Origin: a virus
Lineage: Duplodnaviria; Caudoviricetes
Virus record (IMG/VR): IMGVR_UViG_3300037329_000068
Coordinates: 1-63,999 of that record
Strand: one strand, 5' to 3'
Length of the DNA stretch: 63,999 nucleotides
Shown here one piece after another: positions 44,963 to 54,462 of the stretch. A model generated the notes under the pieces. That model was not told the origin of the DNA. It did not search any database and saw nothing but the letters and a program-made list of their open reading frames with translations. Within the stretch, counting starts at the first letter, position 1, and each line of letters begins with the position of its first letter. The position numbers and the translations under genes are program-made.

Positions 44963-45985
44963 ATGTTTCAAACAAAGCTCTATGTTGACGAAGCTTGGAT
45001 GAAAGGCTTGAGCTTAGGACTTCTTCGTTTTAGAAAAGTCAAGCCTAATGTTTACGTATGCCGTTGTCCGTTTTGTGGTGACTCAAAAAAAAGCACGACA
45101 ACCACTCGATTCTTTTTTTACGTTAGAAAAGGATCACTGAATGTTCAGTGTAAAAACTGCAACTACTCCCGATCATTCTATAACTTTGTCTTTGACTACT
45201 CACCGCAAAGATTTGAAGAATACAAAAAAGAAACCCTGCTTCATAGCTTTACAACGAAAAAGAAAAAAAACCCCGTTGAAAAGCCAATAAATAAGCTTAT
45301 CAACAAAAAAGAAGAAAAGTTGCTAACTTGCTTGAATAACACGATTAATTGTGCTACCTTGCCTGACAATCACCCAGCTATAACCTATTTATGTGGAAGA
45401 GGATTTAAAAAAGCTCAGATTGAAAGGCTCTTGTACACAGACGATTTTAAATCTGTTTGTATGCAGTTGAGCAAAAGTTCGTCTAAGAATTTGCTTGAAA
45501 ATGAACCAAGGATTGTGATACCTTTTTATGACGAGTCTGGTAATATAAAATTGATTCAAGGCAGAGCTTTAAAGAATTCTAAGATGAAATATATAACCAT
45601 CAAAACACATGACGAAGTGACAAAAATATACGGGCTGGAAAATTTAGACAAGACCAAAACAACTTATTGCGTTGAGGGACCACTTGACTCTTTGTTCGTA
45701 GAAAACTGTGTTGCAACGTGCGATGCTAACTTAACGAGATCGGATGCAAATGTTTTAATCTTTGACAACGAATCAAGGAATGAGCAAATTGTAAAGCTCA
45801 TTGAAAGCGCAATAGATCAAGGGCGATCCGTAGTTATATGGCCGAATTCAACAGACAAAAAACAAGATATAAATGATATGATACAGTCTGGAATTTCACA
45901 AAAACTACTCATGGGAGTCATACGCAAAAGAACATTTAAAGGTTTGATGGCGAGATTAGAATTCAACAAATGGAAAAAGGTTTAA
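44963..45985 (+). CDS. DNA primase gp61
   Basis: RCPFCGDS, C.NC, PRIVIPF, QGRAL, KYITIK, VEGPLDSLF, DNE.RN, DINDMI. Confidence 0.95.
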   Translation: MFQTKLYVDEAWMKGLSLGLLRFRKVKPNVYVCRCPFCGDSKKSTTTTRFFFYVRKGSLNVQCKNCNYSRSFYNFVFDYSPQRFEEYKKETLLHSFTTKKKKNPVEKPINKLINKKEEKLLTCLNNTINCATLPDNHPAITYLCGRGFKKAQIERLLYTDDFKSVCMQLSKSSSKNLLENEPRIVIPFYDESGNIKLIQGRALKNSKMKYITIKTHDEVTKIYGLENLDKTKTTYCVEGPLDSLFVENCVATCDANLTRSDANVLIFDNESRNEQIVKLIESAIDQGRSVVIWPNSTDKKQDINDMIQSGISQKLLMGVIRKRTFKGLMARLEFNKWKKV

Positions 45986-45986
45986 A

Positions 45987-47612
45987 ATGGCAGCATTACT
46001 AGAAGATGATAATGTCAAGTTAGAAATTTTAAGGTATAAACACGATAATCTTTCAACGAGGCAAATTAGTCAACTAACAGGAATTGCAAGATCAACACTC
46101 AATGACTTCGTTTTGAAGAAGACATACACTAAATGGTGGGAAAAATACAGCCAAAAACCTGTAGCATCTGGTAAGTTGTCGGCACTGCACGAGGACATTG
46201 AAGTTTTGGGAGAAGGCGTTTATATCGCTATTTCTGCTCAGAACAACACGTTTGTACATAACAAGTTTATGGACAGTCTTGAGGGGTTGGCGTTACAAAG
46301 AAATGCTAGAATTTTATGTGGGACATTTACATACAACACATCAGGATTTCAGAACCTTCAAAAAGGAACTGACTCAGAAGAGGTGTGGTATGATCCTCGG
46401 ATTAAGAAGTACATCCTAGACAAGCCTGTGATGCTCTCTGACGACCTTATGTGGTGTGGGGAACTCAACATACTACCTACAGCCGCAAACCCTCTTAGCG
46501 GGCTTCACAGTTACACTAGATCAGCCTCTGCTATTGTGCCTCATGCTAAATTGCAGCTTGAATCAATTCCAACCCACAAATCGCTTCCTGTAAAGATTAT
46601 GTATACAACAGGTGCGGTGACAAAAAGAAATTATATTCAAAAGAAAGCTGGACAAAAAGCAGAATTTCATCATGCTTTTAGTGCACTTTTAATTGAAGTT
46701 GATAGTGAAGGTACGCACTTTGTTCGCCAGTTAAATGCAGAAACAAGTACAGGATGTTTTTATGATCTAGACAGGTATTATACACCCAATGGCGGTTTGT
46801 ATATTTCTGATTATGTAGAAGCTATTAATTGGGGTGATCTTCACTCTGAAAAGAAAGATGTTGAAGTGTATGATCTGGCGTTTGGTAGAAATCCAAACAG
46901 CATGATAGATACACTACGCCCGAAGGTTCAGTTTGCAAACGATCTTGCAGATTTTACCTCTAGGAATCACCACAGCATCGGCGATCCGTATTTCAGGTTT
47001 AAGACGCATGTTCATGGAAATGACTCAGTGAGGAATGATATTTTTGCCGTTATTTCAACACTTGAATCTATGGAAAGGTGTTTTTGTCAAACTGTTGTGG
47101 TCGAATCAAATCATGATTTAGCACTTGAGCGATGGTTGAAGAATGCTGATTACAAAATTGATCCAGAAAACGCTATCTTCTTCCTTGAATGCCAGCTAAA
47201 GAAATATAAGACAATTGAAGAAGGGGACTTTGGGTTTTCTGTCTTTGAGTGGGCTGTCAAAAACAATTCAAAAGAATTAGACCACGTTAGGTTTTTGAAA
47301 ACAGATGAGTCTTTCCGTATCTGTGACGAAGATGGAAATGGCATTGAATGCGGTCAACACGGCCACAACGGGGCCAATGGTAGTAGAGGCGGGGTAGCCG
47401 TATTTCAAAGGTTAGGAAGTCGTCACAACGTAGGACACACCCATACAGCGACAATTAAGGATGGTGTGTATTACGCTGGTGTAATGGCTAATCTAGATAT
47501 GGGATATAACATAGGTGGTTCAAGTTGGTCACAAAGCTGTATTATAACGTACCCAAATAGCAAGAGAACAATCATTACAATTAAAGACGGCAAATGGAGA
47601 GGTAATGTATGA
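45987..47612 (+). CDS. HTH plus calcineurin-like metallophosphoesterase
   Basis: STRQISQLTGIARSTL; GDLH, D..DF..RNHH, SNHD, HGH, GHTH. Confidence 0.8.
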   Translation: MAALLEDDNVKLEILRYKHDNLSTRQISQLTGIARSTLNDFVLKKTYTKWWEKYSQKPVASGKLSALHEDIEVLGEGVYIAISAQNNTFVHNKFMDSLEGLALQRNARILCGTFTYNTSGFQNLQKGTDSEEVWYDPRIKKYILDKPVMLSDDLMWCGELNILPTAANPLSGLHSYTRSASAIVPHAKLQLESIPTHKSLPVKIMYTTGAVTKRNYIQKKAGQKAEFHHAFSALLIEVDSEGTHFVRQLNAETSTGCFYDLDRYYTPNGGLYISDYVEAINWGDLHSEKKDVEVYDLAFGRNPNSMIDTLRPKVQFANDLADFTSRNHHSIGDPYFRFKTHVHGNDSVRNDIFAVISTLESMERCFCQTVVVESNHDLALERWLKNADYKIDPENAIFFLECQLKKYKTIEEGDFGFSVFEWAVKNNSKELDHVRFLKTDESFRICDEDGNGIECGQHGHNGANGSRGGVAVFQRLGSRHNVGHTHTATIKDGVYYAGVMANLDMGYNIGGSSWSQSCIITYPNSKRTIITIKDGKWRGNV

Positions 47613-48217
47613 GAAAGTTAGAATCGGTTATGATTAACGGTGGAGTAAATCCAGTTGAACAAAGAGCTTACCCAATATCTTCAATGTACAACTTTTATAT
47701 CTATGGAGAAATTGTCTCTGATATCGGATCATACGTTGATATGATCACAGTAATGGATACGGCAGAAGAAAATGATGTAATTAATCTTTACATTAACACT
47801 GGCGGAGGCTCACTTGAATCTACTATCTCAATCGTCCACGCAATGATTCGGTCAAAAGCACAAATTGTATGTCATGCAGATGGACAAATTGCTAGTGCAG
47901 GAACACTGATTTTCTTTGCAGGAAGTTCTTTTGTGGTTTATCCTTTTGCTCACGCTATGTTTCATGATGGCTCTACTATTATTGGTGGAAAGTTTTCTGA
48001 AAATTTGAAAGCGGCGGAAGCAACAAGTGCATTGATAAAGAAAATTTGTATGGAGCTTTATCGTCCATACTTTACCAAAAAAGAAGTTAAAGATATTCTA
48101 AATGGTAAAGATATGTACTTGACATCGGATGAATTAAACGACCGACTTATTGCAGGGGTAGAAATTAGTAAAAAAGAAGCGGAAGAACTGAAAGGACTAG
48201 AGGAACTTATTTCTTAA
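47609..48217 (+). CDS. ClpP-like serine protease
   Basis: IYGEI, LYINTGGG, ASAGTLI (catalytic Ser), MFH, D.YLTSDE. Confidence 0.85.
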   Translation: MRKLESVMINGGVNPVEQRAYPISSMYNFYIYGEIVSDIGSYVDMITVMDTAEENDVINLYINTGGGSLESTISIVHAMIRSKAQIVCHADGQIASAGTLIFFAGSSFVVYPFAHAMFHDGSTIIGGKFSENLKAAEATSALIKKICMELYRPYFTKKEVKDILNGKDMYLTSDELNDRLIAGVEISKKEAEELKGLEELIS

Positions 48218-48234
48218 TAAATAATTTTGCGTTG

Positions 48235-48276
48235 GTCTGTATGTATTATAAATTCAAATCTATAATACATACAGAC
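48235..48276. repeat. Perfect 16-bp inverted repeat
   Basis: GTCTGTATGTATTATA-10 nt-TATAATACATACAGAC. Confidence 0.8.
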
Positions 48277-48328
48277 ACTAAAATGTAAAAAACTCCAGAA
48301 TATAACATAAAGAAAGGAAAATAATTAA

Positions 48329-48607
48329 GTGAAAGTAACTTTTATTACTGTTGATAGTATTGAATACGTTGCTCAGTACGACAAAGAAAATGTATTCTTT
48401 TCAACAAAAGGAAATGACACAACACGGAAAATGGTTGTTGTTGAAATCTCTTACGGTGAAATTAAATCGGTGCGTGTCATGAAGTCTGGTGTAGTTGAGA
48501 ATCTTAAAATATTGCCAGAGATTCAATTTAATAAATCGCCACACGACATCGTTCGTCATTACGCACCTATTATGCAAAAAGTATTATTTGATTCAAAAGT
48601 TGCTTAA
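48329..48607 (+). CDS. Hypothetical protein
   Basis: GTG start, AAGGA RBS. Confidence 0.6.
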   Translation: MKVTFITVDSIEYVAQYDKENVFFSTKGNDTTRKMVVVEISYGEIKSVRVMKSGVVENLKILPEIQFNKSPHDIVRHYAPIMQKVLFDSKVA

Positions 48608-48664
48608 ATAGTTATATATAGTGTAGAGGCTAAGTTAAAGTCGATAATCTCAGGAATATAATCA

Positions 48665-48928
48665 ATGCCAACTTACATTTACAAGTGCAAAACGTGTCAG
48701 ATTACAAAAGAAGAAACACTTCCTATGGAAGCCAGAAATAAGCCATGCGAAGTTCCTTGCAAGTCTTGTGGTTCTTTTTCTTTGTATATACAAATTCAAC
48801 CGACAAAGATGAGTTATCAAGGAACAATGAAAACCACACTTAATTTTAACGACCGGCTAAAAGATATTAGCAAGACTTTACCGGAAGGTAGTGTAGCACA
48901 AAGAAATATTACAGATCAGATTCGTTAA
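48665..48928 (+). CDS. FmdB-family zinc-ribbon protein
   Basis: MPTY.YKCKTC...PCKSCG...F.DRLK.I. Confidence 0.85.
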   Translation: MPTYIYKCKTCQITKEETLPMEARNKPCEVPCKSCGSFSLYIQIQPTKMSYQGTMKTTLNFNDRLKDISKTLPEGSVAQRNITDQIR

Positions 48929-49097
48929 CGGCATAAATAGAATTGAACTCTATGGTGGGAACAATAATGAAAAATAACTGGTTTCAAGACGCTCTCTAAA
49001 TTTTCCAAAAGCCCATTCCGCTTACCAAAGTGGTCTGAGCTTTTTTTTTGTTATGACTCAGCATTAAAAATTATTTAAACAATAAGGTGCTAAAGCA

Positions 49098-49844
49098 ATG
49101 AGCAAAAAGCCAAGTAGATTAAAAGTTGTAGAAGGTAGTTCCCCAGAAGCACATAAGACCTACGCTGGTAAAAAGTTAACACAGCATGATCTTGCAGCAT
49201 TCCCCGATAATCCAACCTATCCGCAACAGCAATACATGGATAGCCATTTCAGAGATACAGAAATTATTCTGCAATTGGGAAGTGCTGGCACTGGAAAGTC
49301 TTTTACAGCCATGTATTGTGCATTAGCAGACGTTTTTAATAGTGCAACGCCTTACGACAAAATTGCGATTTTCCGAAGCGCCGTTCAGGGCAGGGATATT
49401 GGGTTTTTGCCCGGTGATCAAGCTGAAAAAGATCAGGCGTATGAAGCTCCATACAAAGCACTGTGTGATGAGGCTATGAAATTCAAAACCAATAACTATG
49501 ATAACTTAAAAGCTTCTGGTTACATTGATTTTCATAACACATCGTTCTTGCGAGGAACTACGTTTAACGATACAATTCTACTTGTTGATGAGTGTCAGTC
49601 TATGACTTATCTTGAATTGTCAACACTGATTACTCGTGTCGGTATCCGTTCAAAGATTATTTTTTGTGGCGACACAAAACAAAATGACCTACATAAAAAA
49701 ACTGACGTATCTGGACTGGAACAGTTTTTGAAAGTTATTGATAAAATGCCGTCATCCTGTATTGACATTGTGCGATATACTCCAAAGGATATTGTACGAT
49801 CTGGAATCTGCAAAGCGTTCTTGTTAGCCGAAGAAGAAGTTTAA
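49098..49844 (+). CDS. phoH: PhoH-family ATPase
   Basis: GSAGTGKS, RSAV..RDIGFLPG, FLRGTTF, VDECQ, TRVG..SK..FCGD..Q.D, DIVRSG. Confidence 0.95.
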   Translation: MSKKPSRLKVVEGSSPEAHKTYAGKKLTQHDLAAFPDNPTYPQQQYMDSHFRDTEIILQLGSAGTGKSFTAMYCALADVFNSATPYDKIAIFRSAVQGRDIGFLPGDQAEKDQAYEAPYKALCDEAMKFKTNNYDNLKASGYIDFHNTSFLRGTTFNDTILLVDECQSMTYLELSTLITRVGIRSKIIFCGDTKQNDLHKKTDVSGLEQFLKVIDKMPSSCIDIVRYTPKDIVRSGICKAFLLAEEEV

Positions 49845-49852
49845 CCCCTCAC

Positions 49853-49891
49853 GATACGCACTTTTTGGAAATACTCTGAAAAGTGCGTATC
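49853..49891. terminator. 13-bp inverted repeat between phoH and ligase
   Basis: GATACGCACTTTT...AAAAGTGCGTATC. Confidence 0.55.
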
Positions 49892-49985
49892 AATGTACAT
49901 TCCGCACAAATATGTTATTCTTGTTGCACATCCTTTTTAAATTGTGGTAGAATATACTTTGTATTCACACTGGAAAGGAAACGCA

Positions 49986-51440
49986 ATGACAATTTATCAA
50001 ATTATTAAAAAACTGCAAGTTACACCCAAGCGAACTGAAAAAGTCGCCATACTCGAAGACTTAAAAACCTACCATGATGAAGAAAGCCTTACAGATGGCT
50101 GCAATTCAAAAGAATCAATAGAAGAAACTTTGTTCAAGCGTGTTGCTTGGTTGACTTATTCTCCATCAATTACATTTGGAGTTAAAGATGTTGACCTACC
50201 AAATAAACCTGTAATCATAGATACTCTTTTTGAAGATAAACCAAAGACCAATAGCTTATCTAAAGCTCTTGATGTTTTAGATTTTCAAATTGCTAAGCGT
50301 ATCTTTACTGGCAATGCAGCGCATAAAATTATACAAGAAACATTTAATGGGTTGTCTGATGATGATGCTTATGTCTTTAAATGTGTGTTAAATCGTGATC
50401 TTAAATGTGGTGCGTCTGCAAAGACAATTAATAAGGTCTGGTCTGATCTGATCTATGTACATCCCTATATGCGGGCATCTTCTTTTAGCGAAAAAAACTT
50501 GAAGAATATTAGATTCCCTTGTATTTCACAAACTAAAGAAGACGGGGAATACGAAGACATTATCATCTATCCAAAATCTAAACAATTTGAAGCTCGTTCA
50601 CGCAATGGTGCTATCAATAATCACCACTTTTCAGATAATCTACAATCAAATTTTCTTAATTTAGACTTGCCTTATAGATGTGTTCTCATGGGAGAAATTC
50701 TTGTCTATGAAACATCAGCGCGTCAAAAGTTAATGCCTCGTCAAAAAGGAAATGGGTATTTGAATTCTAGCTTAGTTGACCCTGAAAGGTTGCTTCACGT
50801 ACTATGGGATGTGGTTCCATACAAAGACTTTAAAGAAGGTATTTGCAACACCCCTTACGTCGATAGGTTTAATAGGCTAAAAGCTATTGTAGATGATCTG
50901 AGAGAGCACACAGACCAAGTTAGACTCATCGACTCCCGTATTGTGAACACTGTTAATGAAGTTATCGAACATTTCATGGAAAACATTAAAGATGGTCTTG
51001 AAGGTACAGTTATTAAGAATCAATCTATGTTGTGGAAAGACGGTGAATCAAAAAATCAGGTAAAGATCAAAACAGAATTTACCTGTGATCTTATCATTAC
51101 AGGATTCAACCAAGGAAAAACGTTAGGTGAATGGGATGAAGTTCTCGGTTCCTTGATTTGTGAAAGTCTAGATAGTAGGCTCGTAGTTAATGTAGGTACT
51201 GGACTAACTGACGAACTCAGAAAGTCAATCTGGGAAAATCAAGAACTTTATCTAAGAAAAATTTGTGAAATTAAATCTAACGACATCATTGCAAGTGAAA
51301 CAAGACCCGATACAATGAGCTTGTTTTTACCGCGTTTGGTTAAGTTCAGAAATGACAAGACTAAAGCAGATGGTTATGATAGAGTCGTTGAACAGAAAAA
51401 TGCTTTTGTTCACACATTAGAAGTCATTAACGAGGATTGA
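49986..51440 (+). CDS. ATP-dependent DNA ligase gp30
   Basis: RDLKCGAS.KTINKVW, QTKEDG, SRNG, GEIL, WDVV, EGTVIK, VNVGTG, SLFLPR...R.DK. Confidence 0.93.
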   Translation: MTIYQIIKKLQVTPKRTEKVAILEDLKTYHDEESLTDGCNSKESIEETLFKRVAWLTYSPSITFGVKDVDLPNKPVIIDTLFEDKPKTNSLSKALDVLDFQIAKRIFTGNAAHKIIQETFNGLSDDDAYVFKCVLNRDLKCGASAKTINKVWSDLIYVHPYMRASSFSEKNLKNIRFPCISQTKEDGEYEDIIIYPKSKQFEARSRNGAINNHHFSDNLQSNFLNLDLPYRCVLMGEILVYETSARQKLMPRQKGNGYLNSSLVDPERLLHVLWDVVPYKDFKEGICNTPYVDRFNRLKAIVDDLREHTDQVRLIDSRIVNTVNEVIEHFMENIKDGLEGTVIKNQSMLWKDGESKNQVKIKTEFTCDLIITGFNQGKTLGEWDEVLGSLICESLDSRLVVNVGTGLTDELRKSIWENQELYLRKICEIKSNDIIASETRPDTMSLFLPRLVKFRNDKTKADGYDRVVEQKNAFVHTLEVINED

Positions 51441-51444
51441 AATT

Positions 51445-51651
51445 ATGTCAAAATGCTCAGTTGTATTTGAAGATGTAGAAGATGATCAAGTGGGTATGAA
51501 TATTAATATACCAAGTCTTGAAAACACAGATGATTACACTGGGTCTGTGCACCTAACACTTCTTTTAGAATTTATTGTTAAAAGTAAGTATCATATTCAG
51601 TTTGAGGATGAATTCTTTAATCATGAAATGAAAGATCAGAAGGGGCGCTAA
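51445..51651 (+). CDS. Hypothetical protein
   Basis: GAGGA RBS; hairpin follows. Confidence 0.6.
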   Translation: MSKCSVVFEDVEDDQVGMNINIPSLENTDDYTGSVHLTLLLEFIVKSKYHIQFEDEFFNHEMKDQKGR

Positions 51652-51666
51652 CCCCCTCTTTTCACT

Positions 51667-53544
51667 CTAGTGATTGTACGCCCTTGAGTAATCTGCGTAG
51701 CTTTTGTTGCGGAAATTTGAATCTGGGTTAGCTGTATTACCACCACCGCCTTCTACTATTGTGTTGTTAACATTTGTATTAGAAGGCGCATTTACAATAG
51801 CCGCAGATGATTGTTTTTGTTGATTTTGTTTTGTAGAATTCATTCCTTTATTTGTCATGCTAAAAGTTTCCGAAGTCTTGGCACTTCCTGAATCACCAAA
51901 TCCAAATCTTCTATCAAATTCAGCTTGTAAATATTTATCAGATGTATCTTTTACTCCACTTATTTGATCCATGCTTCTCTTTGCAATTTCTTGAGAACCA
52001 ATAAATCCTTTTTCTTTATCATCTTCAAACCCAAGGAATGATTTAAAGTCTGAAAATGTAGGAATGTTCTCTTTCACAAAGTTTATAGATGAATCAAATA
52101 TATCCTTAAAAAAATTAGAGACTGTTGATATTAAGTTATCTATCCCCTCTTTAACTTTTTTTTCAATATCCTCTATAGTTAGTTCATCAACTCCGAACAA
52201 TCCCGTCACTACATTAAATAAAGCTAAAGGAATACTAAGAACACTTTTTGCAATTCCTTTTACACCATCCAACAAAGATTGCTCTTGGTCTGGACCGAAT
52301 CCAAACAAGGATAATATATCATTAAATACACCTTTGTAAAAATCAAAAATTTCTTTTATGCTATTAGAAATTATTTGTTTCGAATTCTCTGGCATAAAGT
52401 TAGTATCTATACCAAAAAATCCCAACACTGTAGACACAATGGAATTAATCATACGCAAGAACCCATCGACAACAGAACCCACACCCGCAGCAATTCTGTC
52501 GCTTATTGTTACTTCGTCTTCTCCAATTCCCAAAATCTCACCAGCGTTAAAAAACCCTTCAATAAATTCATATATTGCGTATATCACAGCAGGGATTATG
52601 GCGACCTTAGCAGCTAGTCCAGCGATACTGGTACTAGCGGCAAGGATAGGACCAAAAAAGCTTGCTATGCCCGTCACAGCCGCCATAATAGCACCACCTA
52701 CACCACCACCAAGAATGCTGTTTAAAAGTGAGTCGTCTTGTGGGTTTCCTGTAGGCGAAGGCCCGCTACCGTTTTCATCAACAGCATCTCTTCGTCTTTG
52801 TTCTTCTATGCTATCAAATTCATTTTGTTCTCTTAGAAGTCTTTGCTCTTCTTTAACTTCTTCCTCGACCCTAACAAGGTCAGATAATTTGTTGTTTGTT
52901 TCTGTAGTTCCATCACCCCAAATAGAATTAAGAGTAACAAGCTGATCAAGTATACTTTCTAAATACTTTTCGCTTTCACTAATAACACCAGAGCCACCAC
53001 CACCAGAAGACGTTTCATCTTCATCGTTGAGGATATCATCCGCTGTAACTTCCCCATCTCTTGCTGATTGTGATCTTTGTAATTTTCTTGACTTTCTATT
53101 ACTTGCTCCCTCTCCAACAGTTTGTAATAATCTGGCACTATAACCCAACACAGGGTTAGCGGTCATAATAGCAGAAGTTATATTGTCAAAGCTTGGAAGA
53201 ATGTTTGCTAGACCACCACCACCAGAGGCACCTCTACTTCCAGCCTCAACTGCTTTTTTTAAATCATCGCTTAAATTTGTCAGCTTTCTAACCAGATTTT
53301 TTTTGGTTTTTTCACTAACAGAAATGACCTGATTTATTAAATCTTTAACAGTCTGATTAAGTTCTTCAATACTTCTTAACATTAATTTTGGTTTGTTAGC
53401 TGCCTGAGCAACAATAGCAGCCTCAACCATTTTTTTAACGATGGCTTTAACATCTTCATCGGAATCCGCAGCCCGCAAATCCATTGATCTTTTCATCTGA
53501 CTTCTTTGAGAAAGTGCTTTTATCATACTGTCTGCGGATGCCAT
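51667..53544 (-). CDS. Baseplate hub/tape measure gp29-like
   Basis: 625 aa helical, amphipathic repeats, C-terminal IVNAPSNTNVNN; follows gp26/gp51. Confidence 0.7.
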   Translation of the reverse strand: MASADSMIKALSQRSQMKRSMDLRAADSDEDVKAIVKKMVEAAIVAQAANKPKLMLRSIEELNQTVKDLINQVISVSEKTKKNLVRKLTNLSDDLKKAVEAGSRGASGGGGLANILPSFDNITSAIMTANPVLGYSARLLQTVGEGASNRKSRKLQRSQSARDGEVTADDILNDEDETSSGGGGSGVISESEKYLESILDQLVTLNSIWGDGTTETNNKLSDLVRVEEEVKEEQRLLREQNEFDSIEEQRRRDAVDENGSGPSPTGNPQDDSLLNSILGGGVGGAIMAAVTGIASFFGPILAASTSIAGLAAKVAIIPAVIYAIYEFIEGFFNAGEILGIGEDEVTISDRIAAGVGSVVDGFLRMINSIVSTVLGFFGIDTNFMPENSKQIISNSIKEIFDFYKGVFNDILSLFGFGPDQEQSLLDGVKGIAKSVLSIPLALFNVVTGLFGVDELTIEDIEKKVKEGIDNLISTVSNFFKDIFDSSINFVKENIPTFSDFKSFLGFEDDKEKGFIGSQEIAKRSMDQISGVKDTSDKYLQAEFDRRFGFGDSGSAKTSETFSMTNKGMNSTKQNQQKQSSAAIVNAPSNTNVNNTIVEGGGGNTANPDSNFRNKSYADYSRAYNH

Positions 53545-53545
53545 T

Positions 53546-53731
53546 TTAACCTGCCTCTATTTCTTTTATTAGATTTTGTGCCATTGAAAGATAAATTTCT
53601 CTTTCATAAGGTAACATGTTTTCAAGATCATCAAGCGTGAAATTGTTAGAAACTTTGAAGTTGTGGTTTGGATGAAATAATATACTAAAGTTGTTTGTAT
53701 AATAACTTTCAACTGACTCATGACAAACCAT
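53546..53731 (-). CDS. Baseplate hub assembly protein gp51-like
   Basis: HES..SYY.NNF...LDDLENMLPYEREIY. Confidence 0.75.
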   Translation of the reverse strand: MVCHESVESYYTNNFSILFHPNHNFKVSNNFTLDDLENMLPYEREIYLSMAQNLIKEIEAG

Positions 53732-54456
53732 TAGATAAAAAAATCATTAATGCCTTTAAAAGTAATAGTCTCTTTTTTATTGTCTAACTTAGGAAGAACC
53801 ACATCTACTTTGTATTCTATGCGGGGAATGCTTGCAAAGAATTTGTTTATCGCTTTCATATTTAGCATATCAATGTCATCAACAAAACTAATCATTTCTT
53901 CGTCACTAATGTCTTCTCTGTTGTATACATTTTCTGCATCAAAGACACACACAATACACTTTGAAATAAGCTCAATGTCGTCTTTTGTGTCTTTCATTTC
54001 CCGAATAATTTTTAAGGTTGGGTGCCTAAGTTTAACACCAAGCTGTGATTCTTTATCAATGACAATTCTATCATCTACTTTTTCTTCAACTACAACCTTG
54101 ATATCATCAATGTTTATTTCAACATTAATAAAATCTGTTTTCTCAAGACCTTTTTCATCAACATACTTATAACTAAATCTTGGTTTAATAATCTCACCAA
54201 CAGACTTAGAACGAATTCTAAGGAAAATATCTTCCATGTCAAATGAACTAAGATTATCAATGTCGATATCATCAAGAATACAATTATGCAAAATTTGCAT
54301 CACAGCTTCAATTATTCTGCTTGTATTTTTTTCTTCTTGTTTGGCTAGTAGAAGAATTTTTTGTTCGGCATTTGTAAATGGACGATAAGAAACTTTTTTA
54401 TTCAAACCTACCAAATAGTGTGTGTACTTCGGGTGTTTAATTTTAGGCAATGCCAT
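53731..54456 (-). CDS. Baseplate hub subunit gp26
   Basis: MALPKI..P.Y, YRPF...EQKILLLA, FD.E.IFLRIRSKSVGE, FF.SIP, G.NDFF. Confidence 0.9.
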   Translation of the reverse strand: MALPKIKHPKYTHYLVGLNKKVSYRPFTNAEQKILLLAKQEEKNTSRIIEAVMQILHNCILDDIDIDNLSSFDMEDIFLRIRSKSVGEIIKPRFSYKYVDEKGLEKTDFINVEINIDDIKVVVEEKVDDRIVIDKESQLGVKLRHPTLKIIREMKDTKDDIELISKCIVCVFDAENVYNREDISDEEMISFVDDIDMLNMKAINKFFASIPRIEYKVDVVLPKLDNKKETITFKGINDFFI

Positions 54457-54462
54457 TTTACT

